DNA of 64,000 bases from the IMG/VR virus record IMGVR_UViG_3300021425_000029, positions 3,266-67,265 of that record. One strand, 5' to 3'. A program made the translations under genes and the position numbers. The notes under the pieces are model-generated. The model saw nothing but the letters and a program-made list of their open reading frames with translations, was not told where the DNA came from and did no database searches. Of the stretch, positions 37,672 to 46,479 are shown in pieces; the first letter of the stretch is position 1, and each line of letters starts with the position of its first letter. The DNA comes from a virus.

Positions 37672-38729
37672 TATACAATCTCCATACTCTGTGCTTCTTT
37701 CATCAAGTGAGAAACTTCTTTCTTGATTCGATCTTTATCTAGGTCAGTAACAACATTGTCAATATAATCGTATACCAGTGTCTCGGTATCGTCAACAGAT
37801 ATGTTGTCATCATCCACATTAGAACCGATGAACTCTGCAAAGTCTTCCGCAATCTTGAGTTCGTGAATCTTCTGCGCCTGTACACGGTCAATGAATCGTT
37901 CAAACTCATAGGGGTCACCCTTGTTGGTGACAATGACCTTGACGAACTTGTTATCCAGATACCGAAGGTCTTTGAACTTATTCATCTTCTCATGGTCATA
38001 GTAAATCTTCTCGTAGATACGCAGAGGATTCTGTACCGCAGTCAGTTCTCTTGTTTCAGTATCAAGAATATGGAAGTGTTTGGGGTCATCACAATCGTTC
38101 CAGAAGAACTCCATCTGACTACCCAAGTAATGAATGTTATCCATACTGGACTTGGCATGGAAGTGACCAGACAGAACCATATCGAATCTGTCAAAGTGTT
38201 TCTTACTCATACCATCCATACAGACTTGTCCCCGTGACATCTCGAAACCTTGTAGTTCCAAGTGAGCGCCCACGATATCTGCCTTACAATTAGAGAGAAA
38301 CTCAAGTGTTGCTTTCTCGTTCTCAGGGTTAATCCAAGGTACTAAAGCAACAGATAAGTTGTCATACTTTACCACCGTTGGCTCCATGATAAGGTTCACT
38401 TCATTCATATAGTGACCTTGGAGTTCCTTCAGTGCGTTCAACTCATTGGTGTTCTTATAGTACACATCATGATTGCCTGGAATGATATCCATAGTGATAC
38501 CATGTTCCCGCATAGGTTCAAGGAATATCTTACGATTATGTTGCAATGCCTTGAAGTTGATAGTCTTTCGATTATCGTAGTAATCACCAAGGTGTAATAT
38601 CTGTGTGATATTATTCTCAACCAAGTATGGGAAAAAGACATCCCTATAGAACCTTTCTTGGTAATCCATAAAAATGTCAGATGAGTTTCGACACCCTGCG
38701 TGTGTGTCATTTAGAATTGCAATCTTCAT
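37671..38729 (-). CDS. gp47: Recombination endonuclease subunit, Mre11/SbcD-like (gp47)
   Basis: DTH, LGDYYD, GNHD, SGHFH. Confidence 0.96.
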   Translation of the reverse strand: MKIAILNDTHAGCRNSSDIFMDYQERFYRDVFFPYLVENNITQILHLGDYYDNRKTINFKALQHNRKIFLEPMREHGITMDIIPGNHDVYYKNTNELNALKELQGHYMNEVNLIMEPTVVKYDNLSVALVPWINPENEKATLEFLSNCKADIVGAHLELQGFEMSRGQVCMDGMSKKHFDRFDMVLSGHFHAKSSMDNIHYLGSQMEFFWNDCDDPKHFHILDTETRELTAVQNPLRIYEKIYYDHEKMNKFKDLRYLDNKFVKVIVTNKGDPYEFERFIDRVQAQKIHELKIAEDFAEFIGSNVDDDNISVDDTETLVYDYIDNVVTDLDKDRIKKEVSHLMKEAQSMEIV

Positions 38730-38944
38730 GTGTCAGTCACCATAATGTCTAGGCATTCTTTACTGGTAAAGGTGTAACCAATTGCCTTCATAAAATCTTC
38801 ACAAACTTGTACCATTTCATCACGAGTCAAATCCTTCTGCATCACCTCAAAGGTGACACGAGTGTTCACGGATGTATGATGTTCGTATGGGTTACAGACT
38901 AACTTTAGGTATGGTTTTTCCAGTGCTGGGTTCGTTTCCACCAT
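38726..38944 (-). CDS. Hypothetical protein
   Basis: 72 aa, FMKAIGY motif. Confidence 0.6.
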   Translation of the reverse strand: MVETNPALEKPYLKLVCNPYEHHTSVNTRVTFEVMQKDLTRDEMVQVCEDFMKAIGYTFTSKECLDIMVTDT

Positions 38945-39081
38945 TCTCTTGTATCCTCACTTGTTTCATTGCTTCAGCCATAGGTAAACGATTTGCACTA
39001 CTATTCTGCATCTTAATCGCCTTTCTACGAATTTGTTTTAATTCACTTTTTCTTTTGTCCATTATACATCACTCCACATCA

Positions 39082-39678
39082 TTAGTCAACTATAAAATTA
39101 CTTAAATCTGAATCTGCTTTGACGGTACGCCTCTTGCGTTCCTTCTTAACAATCTCCTTCCACACACTATCCTTATCTTTCACTTCATCAATACGAGTTC
39201 TGAGTTGATCAACAAACGCCTGTGCGACTTGTGCAGATTGGTCATCACCCAACTCATTATCAAGGAAAGCTTCAACACCAGTCTGTTCCATATACTTCAT
39301 CTTGATGTCTTGTTGTTTCTTTTCTTTCTCAATCCTACGCAAGAACGCAAACCACGAAATCTGTGTGAAGTATGCAAACGCATTAGGTTTACCTGTACGA
39401 GTCGCTGCTTCGATGTTGTAGTTCTCAATCGCCTTGAGACAGTTTTCTACCGCATCCATCACCATCTCTTCCCGATAGGTGTATCGGACAAAGTTTGCCT
39501 TATGTGATAAACCCTCACATATCTTGAGGAAACACTGTGCAATATAATCAGGCACAACAGGTAACGGAGATGAACTTGATTTCGCTTCCTGTACAGTCGT
39601 GCAGTAGTCTACCACCGCTTGGGAGAACTGTGCATTGTTTACATAATGCGGTTTGTCTTTTGGTTTAATCTTTGCCAT
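39082..39678 (-). CDS. gp55: Late-transcription sigma factor (gp55)
   Basis: HYVNN, NFVRYTYREEM, NAFAYFTQI, FLRRIEKEKKQ. Confidence 0.97.
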   Translation of the reverse strand: MAKIKPKDKPHYVNNAQFSQAVVDYCTTVQEAKSSSSPLPVVPDYIAQCFLKICEGLSHKANFVRYTYREEMVMDAVENCLKAIENYNIEAATRTGKPNAFAYFTQISWFAFLRRIEKEKKQQDIKMKYMEQTGVEAFLDNELGDDQSAQVAQAFVDQLRTRIDEVKDKDSVWKEIVKKERKRRTVKADSDLSNFIVD

Positions 39679-39708
39679 TTTCAATTTCCATTTCGTATTG
39701 ATTTCTCA

Positions 39709-39737
39709 ATTATAGATGATGTTGTAATAAAAGTCAA
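39709..39737 (-). promoter_or_regulatory. Sigma70 promoter for gp55
   Basis: TTGACT-17-TATAAT. Confidence 0.75.
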
Positions 39738-39761
39738 GTCAAATATTTTTTAAATTAGGTC

Positions 39762-39790
39762 TTGACATTTTCTGATTTTGCGTGTATAAT
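39762..39790 (+). promoter_or_regulatory. Consensus sigma70 promoter firing antisense
   Basis: TTGACA-17-TATAAT with AT-rich upstream element; no credible plus-strand gene follows. Confidence 0.7.
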
Positions 39791-39823
39791 TAGCTTTGCG
39801 TTCTGGGAGGGTTGAATACCTCG

Positions 39824-40273
39824 TTAATGTACCCTCTTAGGATCGAACATATCAATCACATTAGACCCGCTATCCATACGAGAGAGATACTCGTCAATCT
39901 TATCTTTAACATTCTTTTTACTTTTGTCCACCTTTTCCTGAAATGTTTGATTGTATTCCTGTTCTCTTGTCTCATTCATTTCTGCCATATCAACAACAGC
40001 TGCATTATACTGAACAAGTAGAGTCTCGGGCGGGAAACCGATACCCACAATACTATTGAGATTTAATATAATAATATCATCGGGATGTTCCTGATATACC
40101 ATCCAAGGTCTAAAAGAGAAATACTTAATTCCATCGGTAGTTTCTTGCAGAACTAGTTTCATAGCCTTTCTGATTAAAATTTCTGTTTCGTATCCATCAT
40201 TCCATTGCACGACTTCACACACCACTTCTTCTCCAGAAGTTGTTTTAAACTGTCTTAATTCAGGTTCGTTCAT
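39824..40273 (-). CDS. Hypothetical protein between uvsW and gp55
   Basis: KTTSGEEVVC and FRPWM motifs; conserved position in marine T4-like phages. Confidence 0.7.
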   Translation of the reverse strand: MNEPELRQFKTTSGEEVVCEVVQWNDGYETEILIRKAMKLVLQETTDGIKYFSFRPWMVYQEHPDDIIILNLNSIVGIGFPPETLLVQYNAAVVDMAEMNETREQEYNQTFQEKVDKSKKNVKDKIDEYLSRMDSGSNVIDMFDPKRVH

Positions 40274-41754
40274 TTTAAATCCAATTTATAAATTTTGTAA
40301 GGAAACTGCTCAGTTGTATATATCTTAATTCTTTCTGCACTGTGTCGCAGTGTAAAGTTCTTGTGTGACTTGATATGCATATCATCCGCAATATCATATA
40401 ACTTGGTCACAGACCCATCATCAGACTGTCTCAATCCACGCCCTATGGACTGTAGTACTTTTACTTGGGACTTGCTAGGACTGGCGAATATAATATTATG
40501 TAAGTTCCTAATATTAATACCAGTACTGAAAGTACCCAAACTAGCAACAATGATCGCATTCTTCTGTTTCTCCACAATACCACGAATCTGTTCACGGTCA
40601 GAGGCCTCAACTTCACCAGACACATAGTATACAGGACGGTCACCCGCCTTATCTCTTATCTGGTCAAACAAAGGTTTACCATGTTTCTCCACGAACTGGA
40701 ACAGAACCAGAGAGTTACCTTTCTGGTCTAACGCAAGGTTGGTTATAAGTCTATTACGACTCTCATTTTGAACAATGTAGTCCATCTCTTCTTGGTAGGT
40801 GTAGTCCTTTACCATATGACATATATCATTGTGATAACGCAACAACAATACAGAGATGTCTATCTTCGCAAGTGTGCCTTTCTCTTGTAGGTCTTTGGTC
40901 ATGGTGACTCGTTTGGTTGGCCCGAACAGACCTTCAAGTACGAGTTTGTTTGTTTCTGTACCGTCTAGTGTGCCCGTAGTGCCGAATCGATACTCAGCAT
41001 TGACACACTTGTTCATGATACCTGACAGGGACTTCGCCTTAAATAGATGCACCTCGTCACCAAACACACAACCCATATCCTCGAACCATTCTCTCGGAAA
41101 CTTGTAGATGGACTGCCATGTAGAGATGATGATAGGTTTGTCGGTTGTCTTGTCCTTACCACTATAGATACGATGTACATTGTTCGCAACATCATATCCA
41201 TAGTCTTCAAAGTCTTTGTACATCTGTTCTACCAGACTTGTTGTCGGAACAACAATGAGTATCTGTTTATCAAAGTTGTCCATATACCAACGCAACAGGT
41301 TATAGATGATAAACGACTTACCACTACCAGTCGGTGACAATAGGATTGCCCGTTTCTTTTCGATACCATGTGTTACAGCATCATACTGGTAATCACGCAA
41401 CGGAAACGGCAAGTTCAGTTCTCCCTGAAACTTAACAAGATTCTGGTGTTGGACATGATTGGTTTGTGCGGGATGACCATAGTCTGTCTCCTGTAGTTGG
41501 AGAGGATACATACGGTCAGAACAGAACTTCTTCAGATGTTCGTAGAGACCCGTGTTGAGTTCACGAGTAATCTGATTAAAGAGTTTGATTTTGCCATCCC
41601 ATTTACGAGACTTGTACGCAGGCATGAACTTATAGCCAGGCACAAAGAACGAGAAGTAATCCCGCAACTCTTGGAGTTGGTGTTGGTTACAATCAACCAA
41701 CATCATGGAATGGTCTTTCAATCCAACAGTAATGGTATTAGGTAATGTAGTCAT
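40270..41754 (-). CDS. uvsW: SF2 RNA-DNA/DNA helicase
   Basis: SPTGSGKS, DEVH, TTGT, QSIGRGLR. Confidence 0.96.
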   Translation of the reverse strand: MTTLPNTITVGLKDHSMMLVDCNQHQLQELRDYFSFFVPGYKFMPAYKSRKWDGKIKLFNQITRELNTGLYEHLKKFCSDRMYPLQLQETDYGHPAQTNHVQHQNLVKFQGELNLPFPLRDYQYDAVTHGIEKKRAILLSPTGSGKSFIIYNLLRWYMDNFDKQILIVVPTTSLVEQMYKDFEDYGYDVANNVHRIYSGKDKTTDKPIIISTWQSIYKFPREWFEDMGCVFGDEVHLFKAKSLSGIMNKCVNAEYRFGTTGTLDGTETNKLVLEGLFGPTKRVTMTKDLQEKGTLAKIDISVLLLRYHNDICHMVKDYTYQEEMDYIVQNESRNRLITNLALDQKGNSLVLFQFVEKHGKPLFDQIRDKAGDRPVYYVSGEVEASDREQIRGIVEKQKNAIIVASLGTFSTGINIRNLHNIIFASPSKSQVKVLQSIGRGLRQSDDGSVTKLYDIADDMHIKSHKNFTLRHSAERIKIYTTEQFPYKIYKLDLK

Positions 41755-41769
41755 ACATCTATATATGTC

Positions 41770-42219
41770 TTACATACCAGCTTCAAAACTCTTCCATCTT
41801 ATCATGTTGGAAATTGTTTGATGTCGCCAATTTAGATTGTTTACTATCTCCGTGAGAGTCTCAATCAGTGTCTTCAAATACTGAATCTTCATCTCAGACT
41901 CTTGGATTTCCTTATCGGAATCGTAGTAGTACTCTTTGAAGTTCTTGGTGGTTGCACTCAACCCATCATAGGGATCGTATGCCCAACCACGAGATTCAAT
42001 ATCCTCTTGAGACATCTTACCTTCGTAATAGAGATACTTGTCTTTGAGTAGAACCTTCTGTTTGAACTCCGCTTGTTTCAGTCGCAGTTTAGTCAGAGAC
42101 AGGTACTCAAGATACTTAGCATGAAGAGCTGGTGTTGCCCTTGAAGTTTCATCAAGTTGATGTTGGGGTATTTGGGAGTCTTCTTTCCACTCCGCAAGGA
42201 TGCTTTCTAAATCAATCAT
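41770..42219 (-). CDS. uvsY: Recombination mediator
   Basis: PALHAKYL, YYEGK, I.NMIRW; synteny. Confidence 0.9.
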   Translation of the reverse strand: MIDLESILAEWKEDSQIPQHQLDETSRATPALHAKYLEYLSLTKLRLKQAEFKQKVLLKDKYLYYEGKMSQEDIESRGWAYDPYDGLSATTKNFKEYYYDSDKEIQESEMKIQYLKTLIETLTEIVNNLNWRHQTISNMIRWKSFEAGM

Positions 42220-42251
42220 AATGTAATTATACTATAAGTTAGGGTTTAAAG

Positions 42252-42779
42252 TCAAATTATTTCGAATTGCGAGAACCTAAATGATGCAGCGAAAGTAACA
42301 TAGGTGGTATCGCCTGTGGTAGAAACAAATTCAATGTCACCAAGACTAGTCGGTACACAATCCAGATATCTAATTTTCTGTACAGTGTTATTGTGACTAG
42401 ACAGAACATGGAGAGTGACATCCGCATAGGTTGGTATCTTGGTATCCCTTTGTCCCGCAGACACTTGACCATCATTCACGATACGAGTCATCCAGTCAAA
42501 CATCTCACGATAGGATTTCATGTCCTCGTCCAAGATGATATTAAACGATACCTCAGAGAATGTCATCTTGTCACCCGCCAGTGGTACAGATGTAATTCTA
42601 CGCACAGGTAGTTCCAACGGAGTCAACTGTGCGCCTGGATGGCTGACAGACTGAACAAAGTATTCCATGTTCGGATACCTAGTTCTGTCGATGACTACCT
42701 TAAAACCCGTAGGTTGTAAGTAGTTCAGATTGGTAGTCAGTTCTTCGTCTGTAATTTGAATGTTGCTATCTACTGGCAT
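42252..42779 (-). CDS. gp3: Tail completion/sheath stabiliser (gp3-like)
   Basis: NYLQPTGF, ILDEDMKSY, tube-protein-like fold; late promoter at 42803-42810. Confidence 0.8.
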   Translation of the reverse strand: MPVDSNIQITDEELTTNLNYLQPTGFKVVIDRTRYPNMEYFVQSVSHPGAQLTPLELPVRRITSVPLAGDKMTFSEVSFNIILDEDMKSYREMFDWMTRIVNDGQVSAGQRDTKIPTYADVTLHVLSSHNNTVQKIRYLDCVPTSLGDIEFVSTTGDTTYVTFAASFRFSQFEII

Positions 42780-42802
42780 AACGACCTCTTATATTATACT
42801 TC

Positions 42803-42810
42803 TATTTATA
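42803..42810 (-). promoter_or_regulatory. Late promoter TATAAATA
   Basis: Exact motif upstream of gp3. Confidence 0.75.
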
Positions 42811-42815
42811 AGAGT

Positions 42816-43232
42816 TTAGTCCCAAAGTCCTTCATAATATTTACCAAAGAGACGGAAACCATTTTGTATGCGATTCTGTTCTTCTTCATCGAACTCAAAT
42901 CGTTCTCCTTTGTTCAATTTGCAGTCGAAAGCATATATCATTTCTGCCATCACCCAGTCCCAACGATCATGAATCAATTGTTCATTCTCTTCGGTGTCAC
43001 CTTGTAACTCAAAAGGAACATCCTCTTCATCCACTAACGGAGAACCGTGTTTGGTCTTTGCGAGTTGGTACAACATCGGTTGGATAATATCTGCCAATGT
43101 GCAATCCATTGACCATGTATCCCAAGGGTCAATGCGAATCTTTTTCTTTTGTTCGGGCGCATAACCAAACCAATGATAAAGGTATGTGTGATACCAACGC
43201 CAAGTTGGATATTTTCCTATCTTAATTTTCAT
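42816..43232 (-). CDS. Hypothetical protein
   Basis: IDPWDTWSMD.TLA.II.PML and GFRLFGKYY..LWD motifs. Confidence 0.75.
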   Translation of the reverse strand: MKIKIGKYPTWRWYHTYLYHWFGYAPEQKKKIRIDPWDTWSMDCTLADIIQPMLYQLAKTKHGSPLVDEEDVPFELQGDTEENEQLIHDRWDWVMAEMIYAFDCKLNKGERFEFDEEEQNRIQNGFRLFGKYYEGLWD

Positions 43233-43233
43233 A

Positions 43234-43389
43234 TCATTTCACCACTTTTAAACTGACACTATCACTATCGATAATGTTCCATTCAATTGTATCACCTATT
43301 TTCAAACCAAGGTTGTCCATCTGCTCTGGTGTAAACTCTACACACAGATTGCCCTCTTCGTCCTCAACTATTGTTAATTTGTTTTTCAT
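43234..43389 (-). CDS. AbrB/MazE-like small DNA-binding protein (not in ORF track)
   Basis: 51 aa MKNKLTIVEDEEGNLCVEFTPEQMDNLGLKIGDTIEW... Confidence 0.55.
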   Translation of the reverse strand: MKNKLTIVEDEEGNLCVEFTPEQMDNLGLKIGDTIEWNIIDSDSVSLKVVK

Positions 43390-43753
43390 CTCGGTTATCC
43401 CACGGTGCGTTTTGGTAACAAGGTTTGGGCATCCTTTCCTTATACTTTACTAGTATATGGTGACCATCTTCAGTCTTGGTAACCTCTATACTTTCAAATA
43501 CCTGTTCTCTTGGTTTTCCAAAACACTTGTTTAGACTTTGGCCTGGCGCCATATATCTAGGGTTGTGTTTCAGAAAGTCACGGAGTTCTGCATCCCTTTT
43601 CAATTGTTGTTCTATTATATATGTAGAAAAACAATCGGATGTTTTGTCCCAATCTTGATGTTTGTCTAGACAATCCTTTGCGACTTGATTACCATTGGCC
43701 CAAGTGAGTGGGGTCAACAGAGTCAACCCCAAGACTATCTTATTCATAGACAA
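43364..43753 (-). CDS. Exported hypothetical protein
   Basis: Signal peptide, four Cys. Confidence 0.55.
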   Translation of the reverse strand: MSMNKIVLGLTLLTPLTWANGNQVAKDCLDKHQDWDKTSDCFSTYIIEQQLKRDAELRDFLKHNPRYMAPGQSLNKCFGKPREQVFESIEVTKTEDGHHILVKYKERMPKPCYQNAPWDNRDEKQINNS

Positions 43754-43934
43754 TTCTACCCTTGCCTACCCATTCAATTTCTTCGAACTTCTCTTCATAG
43801 GTCTTACCATCAACAGTGAACCCAACTTCATGCAGTTCTTTCAACACAAACTTGACTGCTGCTTTGGCATTATCAAATGTGTACCATTTCAGACACTCAC
43901 GACCTTGATTGGCCAGTCTCACTTCATACTTCAT
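43740..43934 (-). CDS. Hypothetical protein
   Basis: 64 aa, AGGAG RBS. Confidence 0.6.
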   Translation of the reverse strand: MKYEVRLANQGRECLKWYTFDNAKAAVKFVLKELHEVGFTVDGKTYEEKFEEIEWVGKGRIVYE

Positions 43935-43935
43935 A

Positions 43936-44307
43936 TTACTCTCCTAGAGTCCAAGTTCGTGGAGGGAATCCCTCCATGTAATGTTCCTGAGTAGCAACAT
44001 AATTGTCACCCTCAACTTTGATGTACACTGGGCGTTCCCAGTGTTCGCAGATGTTAGACTCCTTGAAGTCTACATCATCAACGAGATCAGAACCAAGAAC
44101 ATATTCTTGGGCATAGTCGTTGCTCTCCGACACGAGATCGAACAGGGTATCATAGTACCCCTCGGATCGTGCATCCTCAATTGATACACCCTCTACCACA
44201 TAGGTAGAACCACCCTTGTCCTTCCAGTACTGAGGGCATTCCCCAGTACCATCCCAGTCATGGGCGCCATAGTTCTCACGATATTGTGTGTAAATTACTA
44301 CTTTCAT
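43936..44307 (-). CDS. Hypothetical protein
   Basis: TQYRENYGAHDWDG.GECPQYWK.KGGS motif. Confidence 0.75.
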   Translation of the reverse strand: MKVVIYTQYRENYGAHDWDGTGECPQYWKDKGGSTYVVEGVSIEDARSEGYYDTLFDLVSESNDYAQEYVLGSDLVDDVDFKESNICEHWERPVYIKVEGDNYVATQEHYMEGFPPRTWTLGE

Positions 44308-44507
44308 TATGATCTCTCCTCTTGAATTGCTTCATAGTGTTCATTCTCAGAACGAACCTCTTCAATGTATCTCCAAGTCGCAGGGACTACACGATTATTG
44401 GACAACACTAACTCTTCACGATACTCATGGGAATAATTGATGTCCACAACTTGAACCCATTTTTTCCTATTGCGGAGTCGGACAAAATCGTTTTCAAAAA
44501 TAATCAT
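44307..44507 (-). CDS. Hypothetical early protein
   Basis: 66 aa downstream of early promoter. Confidence 0.6.
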   Translation of the reverse strand: MIIFENDFVRLRNRKKWVQVVDINYSHEYREELVLSNNRVVPATWRYIEEVRSENEHYEAIQEERS

Positions 44508-44524
44508 AATTCACACTCTCAGTT

Positions 44525-44571
44525 CTCATTCTCAATACAAGTATTATACAACATAGAACATCTTTTGTCTA
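44525..44571 (-). promoter_or_regulatory. Early sigma70 promoter with conserved leader (copy D)
   Basis: TAGACA-17-TATAATACTTGTATTGAGAATGAG. Confidence 0.8.
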
Positions 44572-44582
44572 ATACTATTTTG

Positions 44583-44771
44583 TCATAAGGGAGACACTTT
44601 TAAGAACTTTCTTCGTGCCTTTGACCATTGTTTCATAGGTTTCTTGAACATGATTTCTTCGGTAGTACCGACCTTTATATAACCCGCCAGTTGACCTGCC
44701 TTGTTCACAATGTAGGTATGATTGGAGACATTATGCTCTCCCCAATCAGTGACCTCTTGTAAGTACTCCAT
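44583..44771 (-). CDS. Hypothetical protein
   Basis: LQEVTDW, NHTY, RRKF motifs. Confidence 0.65.
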   Translation of the reverse strand: MEYLQEVTDWGEHNVSNHTYIVNKAGQLAGYIKVGTTEEIMFKKPMKQWSKARRKFLKVSPL

Positions 44772-45115
44772 TATAGTGCCCTCTTCTTACGAGGTTTGAA
44801 ACCAAGCATTTCCATCGCAGCGACTGGAGAACCAGAAACCTCGTAACCATACTTCTCAGAGTAGAATCGGTTGTTATGGTCAGACAGTTCAAGATACTGT
44901 TCAACAGTAGCATTCTTGACTAGGAAGTTAATCCAAGACTTGTAGGGTTTACGACCATACTTGAATCGTGCAATAAAGGCAGGTTTCATCTTACCTACCC
45001 AAGATGGGTGACAGTCAGGATGAACCTCATCCATTGTCTTAGATCCCTCGTAAGGGCCGTTGTACATGAGAAACGAACCGTCCCATGTGAACTCTTCTTT
45101 AATAAATGCAGTCAT
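44771..45115 (-). CDS. Hypothetical early protein
   Basis: Start moved to MTAFIKEE; FIARFKY, FLVKN motifs. Confidence 0.65.
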   Translation of the reverse strand: MTAFIKEEFTWDGSFLMYNGPYEGSKTMDEVHPDCHPSWVGKMKPAFIARFKYGRKPYKSWINFLVKNATVEQYLELSDHNNRFYSEKYGYEVSGSPVAAMEMLGFKPRKKRAL

Positions 45116-45128
45116 ATCAATTACCTTT

Positions 45129-45175
45129 CTCATTATCAATACAAGTATTATACAGTCTGGTACATCTTTTGTCAA
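45129..45175 (-). promoter_or_regulatory. Early sigma70 promoter with conserved leader (copy E)
   Basis: TTGACA-17-TATAATACTTGTATTGATAATGAG. Confidence 0.85.
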
Positions 45176-45210
45176 CACTTATTTTCAAAAAAAGTAAAAT
45201 AAATTAGTAC

Positions 45211-45239
45211 TTGACATTGTTTGCTATATACTGTATGAT
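45211..45239 (+). promoter_or_regulatory. Sigma70 promoter of the plus-strand island
   Basis: TTGACA-17-TATGAT followed by GAGG RBS. Confidence 0.8.
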
Positions 45240-45263
45240 GGTAAACATTAATGAGGAATCCAC

Positions 45264-46385
45264 ATGAAACTAACACCAGAAGATGCTCGATATGCAGCGA
45301 GTGTATTTAACGATTACTTCGGAAAGATTCAAGATATCGCAGAATACAATAGGGGAATCAAGTTAGAACGCATTGCAGAAATGCCGTTCACCTTGCCCGG
45401 CATGGGCCCTGAAGAAGACTTCTTCACGGACTTCGATATGCACCCGTCCGAAATGAACTTTGCGGTTGATTCTATGCCACTTGATGCATTTCATCAGTAC
45501 CTAGAGATAACTTCATCCGCACCAGTTGAGAAGTCAATTCCAGGCAAGCAGTTAAATAAAATTGTGCGTGAAACCAACACTGGTAAAATCGTAGGTATGA
45601 TTCGATTCGGTTCTCCTACTATTAATAGTAGACCACGCAATCAACTCCTCGGTAAACCACTTGATACAACGAATCCAGAAGTCATGAAACGATTTAATGA
45701 TTCTGTGATAATGGGTTTTGCTATTGTGGCTGCCCAACCATTCGGGTTCAACTACCTCGGTGGTAAGTTACTGGCAGCAATCTGTTGTTCTCATGAGATG
45801 CGTGAAGAACTCAACAAGAAGTATGATGCAAACATCTGTATGTTCGAGACAACCAGTTTATATGGTTCTACCAAAGCACTGTCTCAGTATGATGGTATGA
45901 AACCTATACTTCGTTTTAGTGGTTTGACAGTATCTAACTTTTTGCCACTAATCAACGATGATATTTTTAGAAACCTCAACACATGGTTCGAGGATAAGAT
46001 TGGCGAACCACTCGTGCCTGTGGATGCCTCATCACGCAAACTAAAAACACAAACCAAGATGGTTGGTATCATCAAATCGTCTCTCAAGGGTGAGAAGGGA
46101 TATGATGAGTTCTGTCAAACCCTAGACCATGCATCAGGTCTTACGCAACAAAAACGCAGTTTCTATTCTCATTTTGGGTACGAGAATGTAGTCCCATATC
46201 TGAACATGGAAACCGACACATTAGTCAAGAAAGAAAACTATGATCGTTTCTATCTTGATAACCAAATCGATTGGTGGAAGCGTCAAGCAACCAAACGATA
46301 TAACAAGTTGAAAGAACAAAACGGAATCCGTACAGTTCTGGAGACTTGGAATACCAATGCTGACGAAATCGATATTATAAGATAA
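45264..46385 (+). CDS. DUF4338 (DruA/Mom-related GNAT-fold) protein
   Basis: GKIVGMIRFGSP, QPFGFNYLGGKLLA, FETTSLYG, SQYDGM motifs. Confidence 0.75.
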   Translation: MKLTPEDARYAASVFNDYFGKIQDIAEYNRGIKLERIAEMPFTLPGMGPEEDFFTDFDMHPSEMNFAVDSMPLDAFHQYLEITSSAPVEKSIPGKQLNKIVRETNTGKIVGMIRFGSPTINSRPRNQLLGKPLDTTNPEVMKRFNDSVIMGFAIVAAQPFGFNYLGGKLLAAICCSHEMREELNKKYDANICMFETTSLYGSTKALSQYDGMKPILRFSGLTVSNFLPLINDDIFRNLNTWFEDKIGEPLVPVDASSRKLKTQTKMVGIIKSSLKGEKGYDEFCQTLDHASGLTQQKRSFYSHFGYENVVPYLNMETDTLVKKENYDRFYLDNQIDWWKRQATKRYNKLKEQNGIRTVLETWNTNADEIDIIR

Positions 46386-46403
46386 GAATCTTATATATAA
46401 TAC

Positions 46404-46463
46404 TGTCAGTTCCAAATGGTCTGACACTTTAACTTAACTTTCTAGTTCCAGATGGTCTAGAAA
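46404..46463 (+). repeat. Two tandem hairpins with shared core AGTTCCARATGGTCT
   Basis: TGTCAG-TT-CCA-AA-TGG-T-CTGACA and TTTCTAG-TT-CCA-GA-TGG-T-CTAGAAA. Confidence 0.8.
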
Positions 46464-46479
46464 ACAACGGAGAAATGAT

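Noticed and set aside
45264-46385. Druantia defence system (DruA/DUF4338)
   Set aside because: No DruE-type helicase or other Dru genes nearby; the context is a lytic phage island
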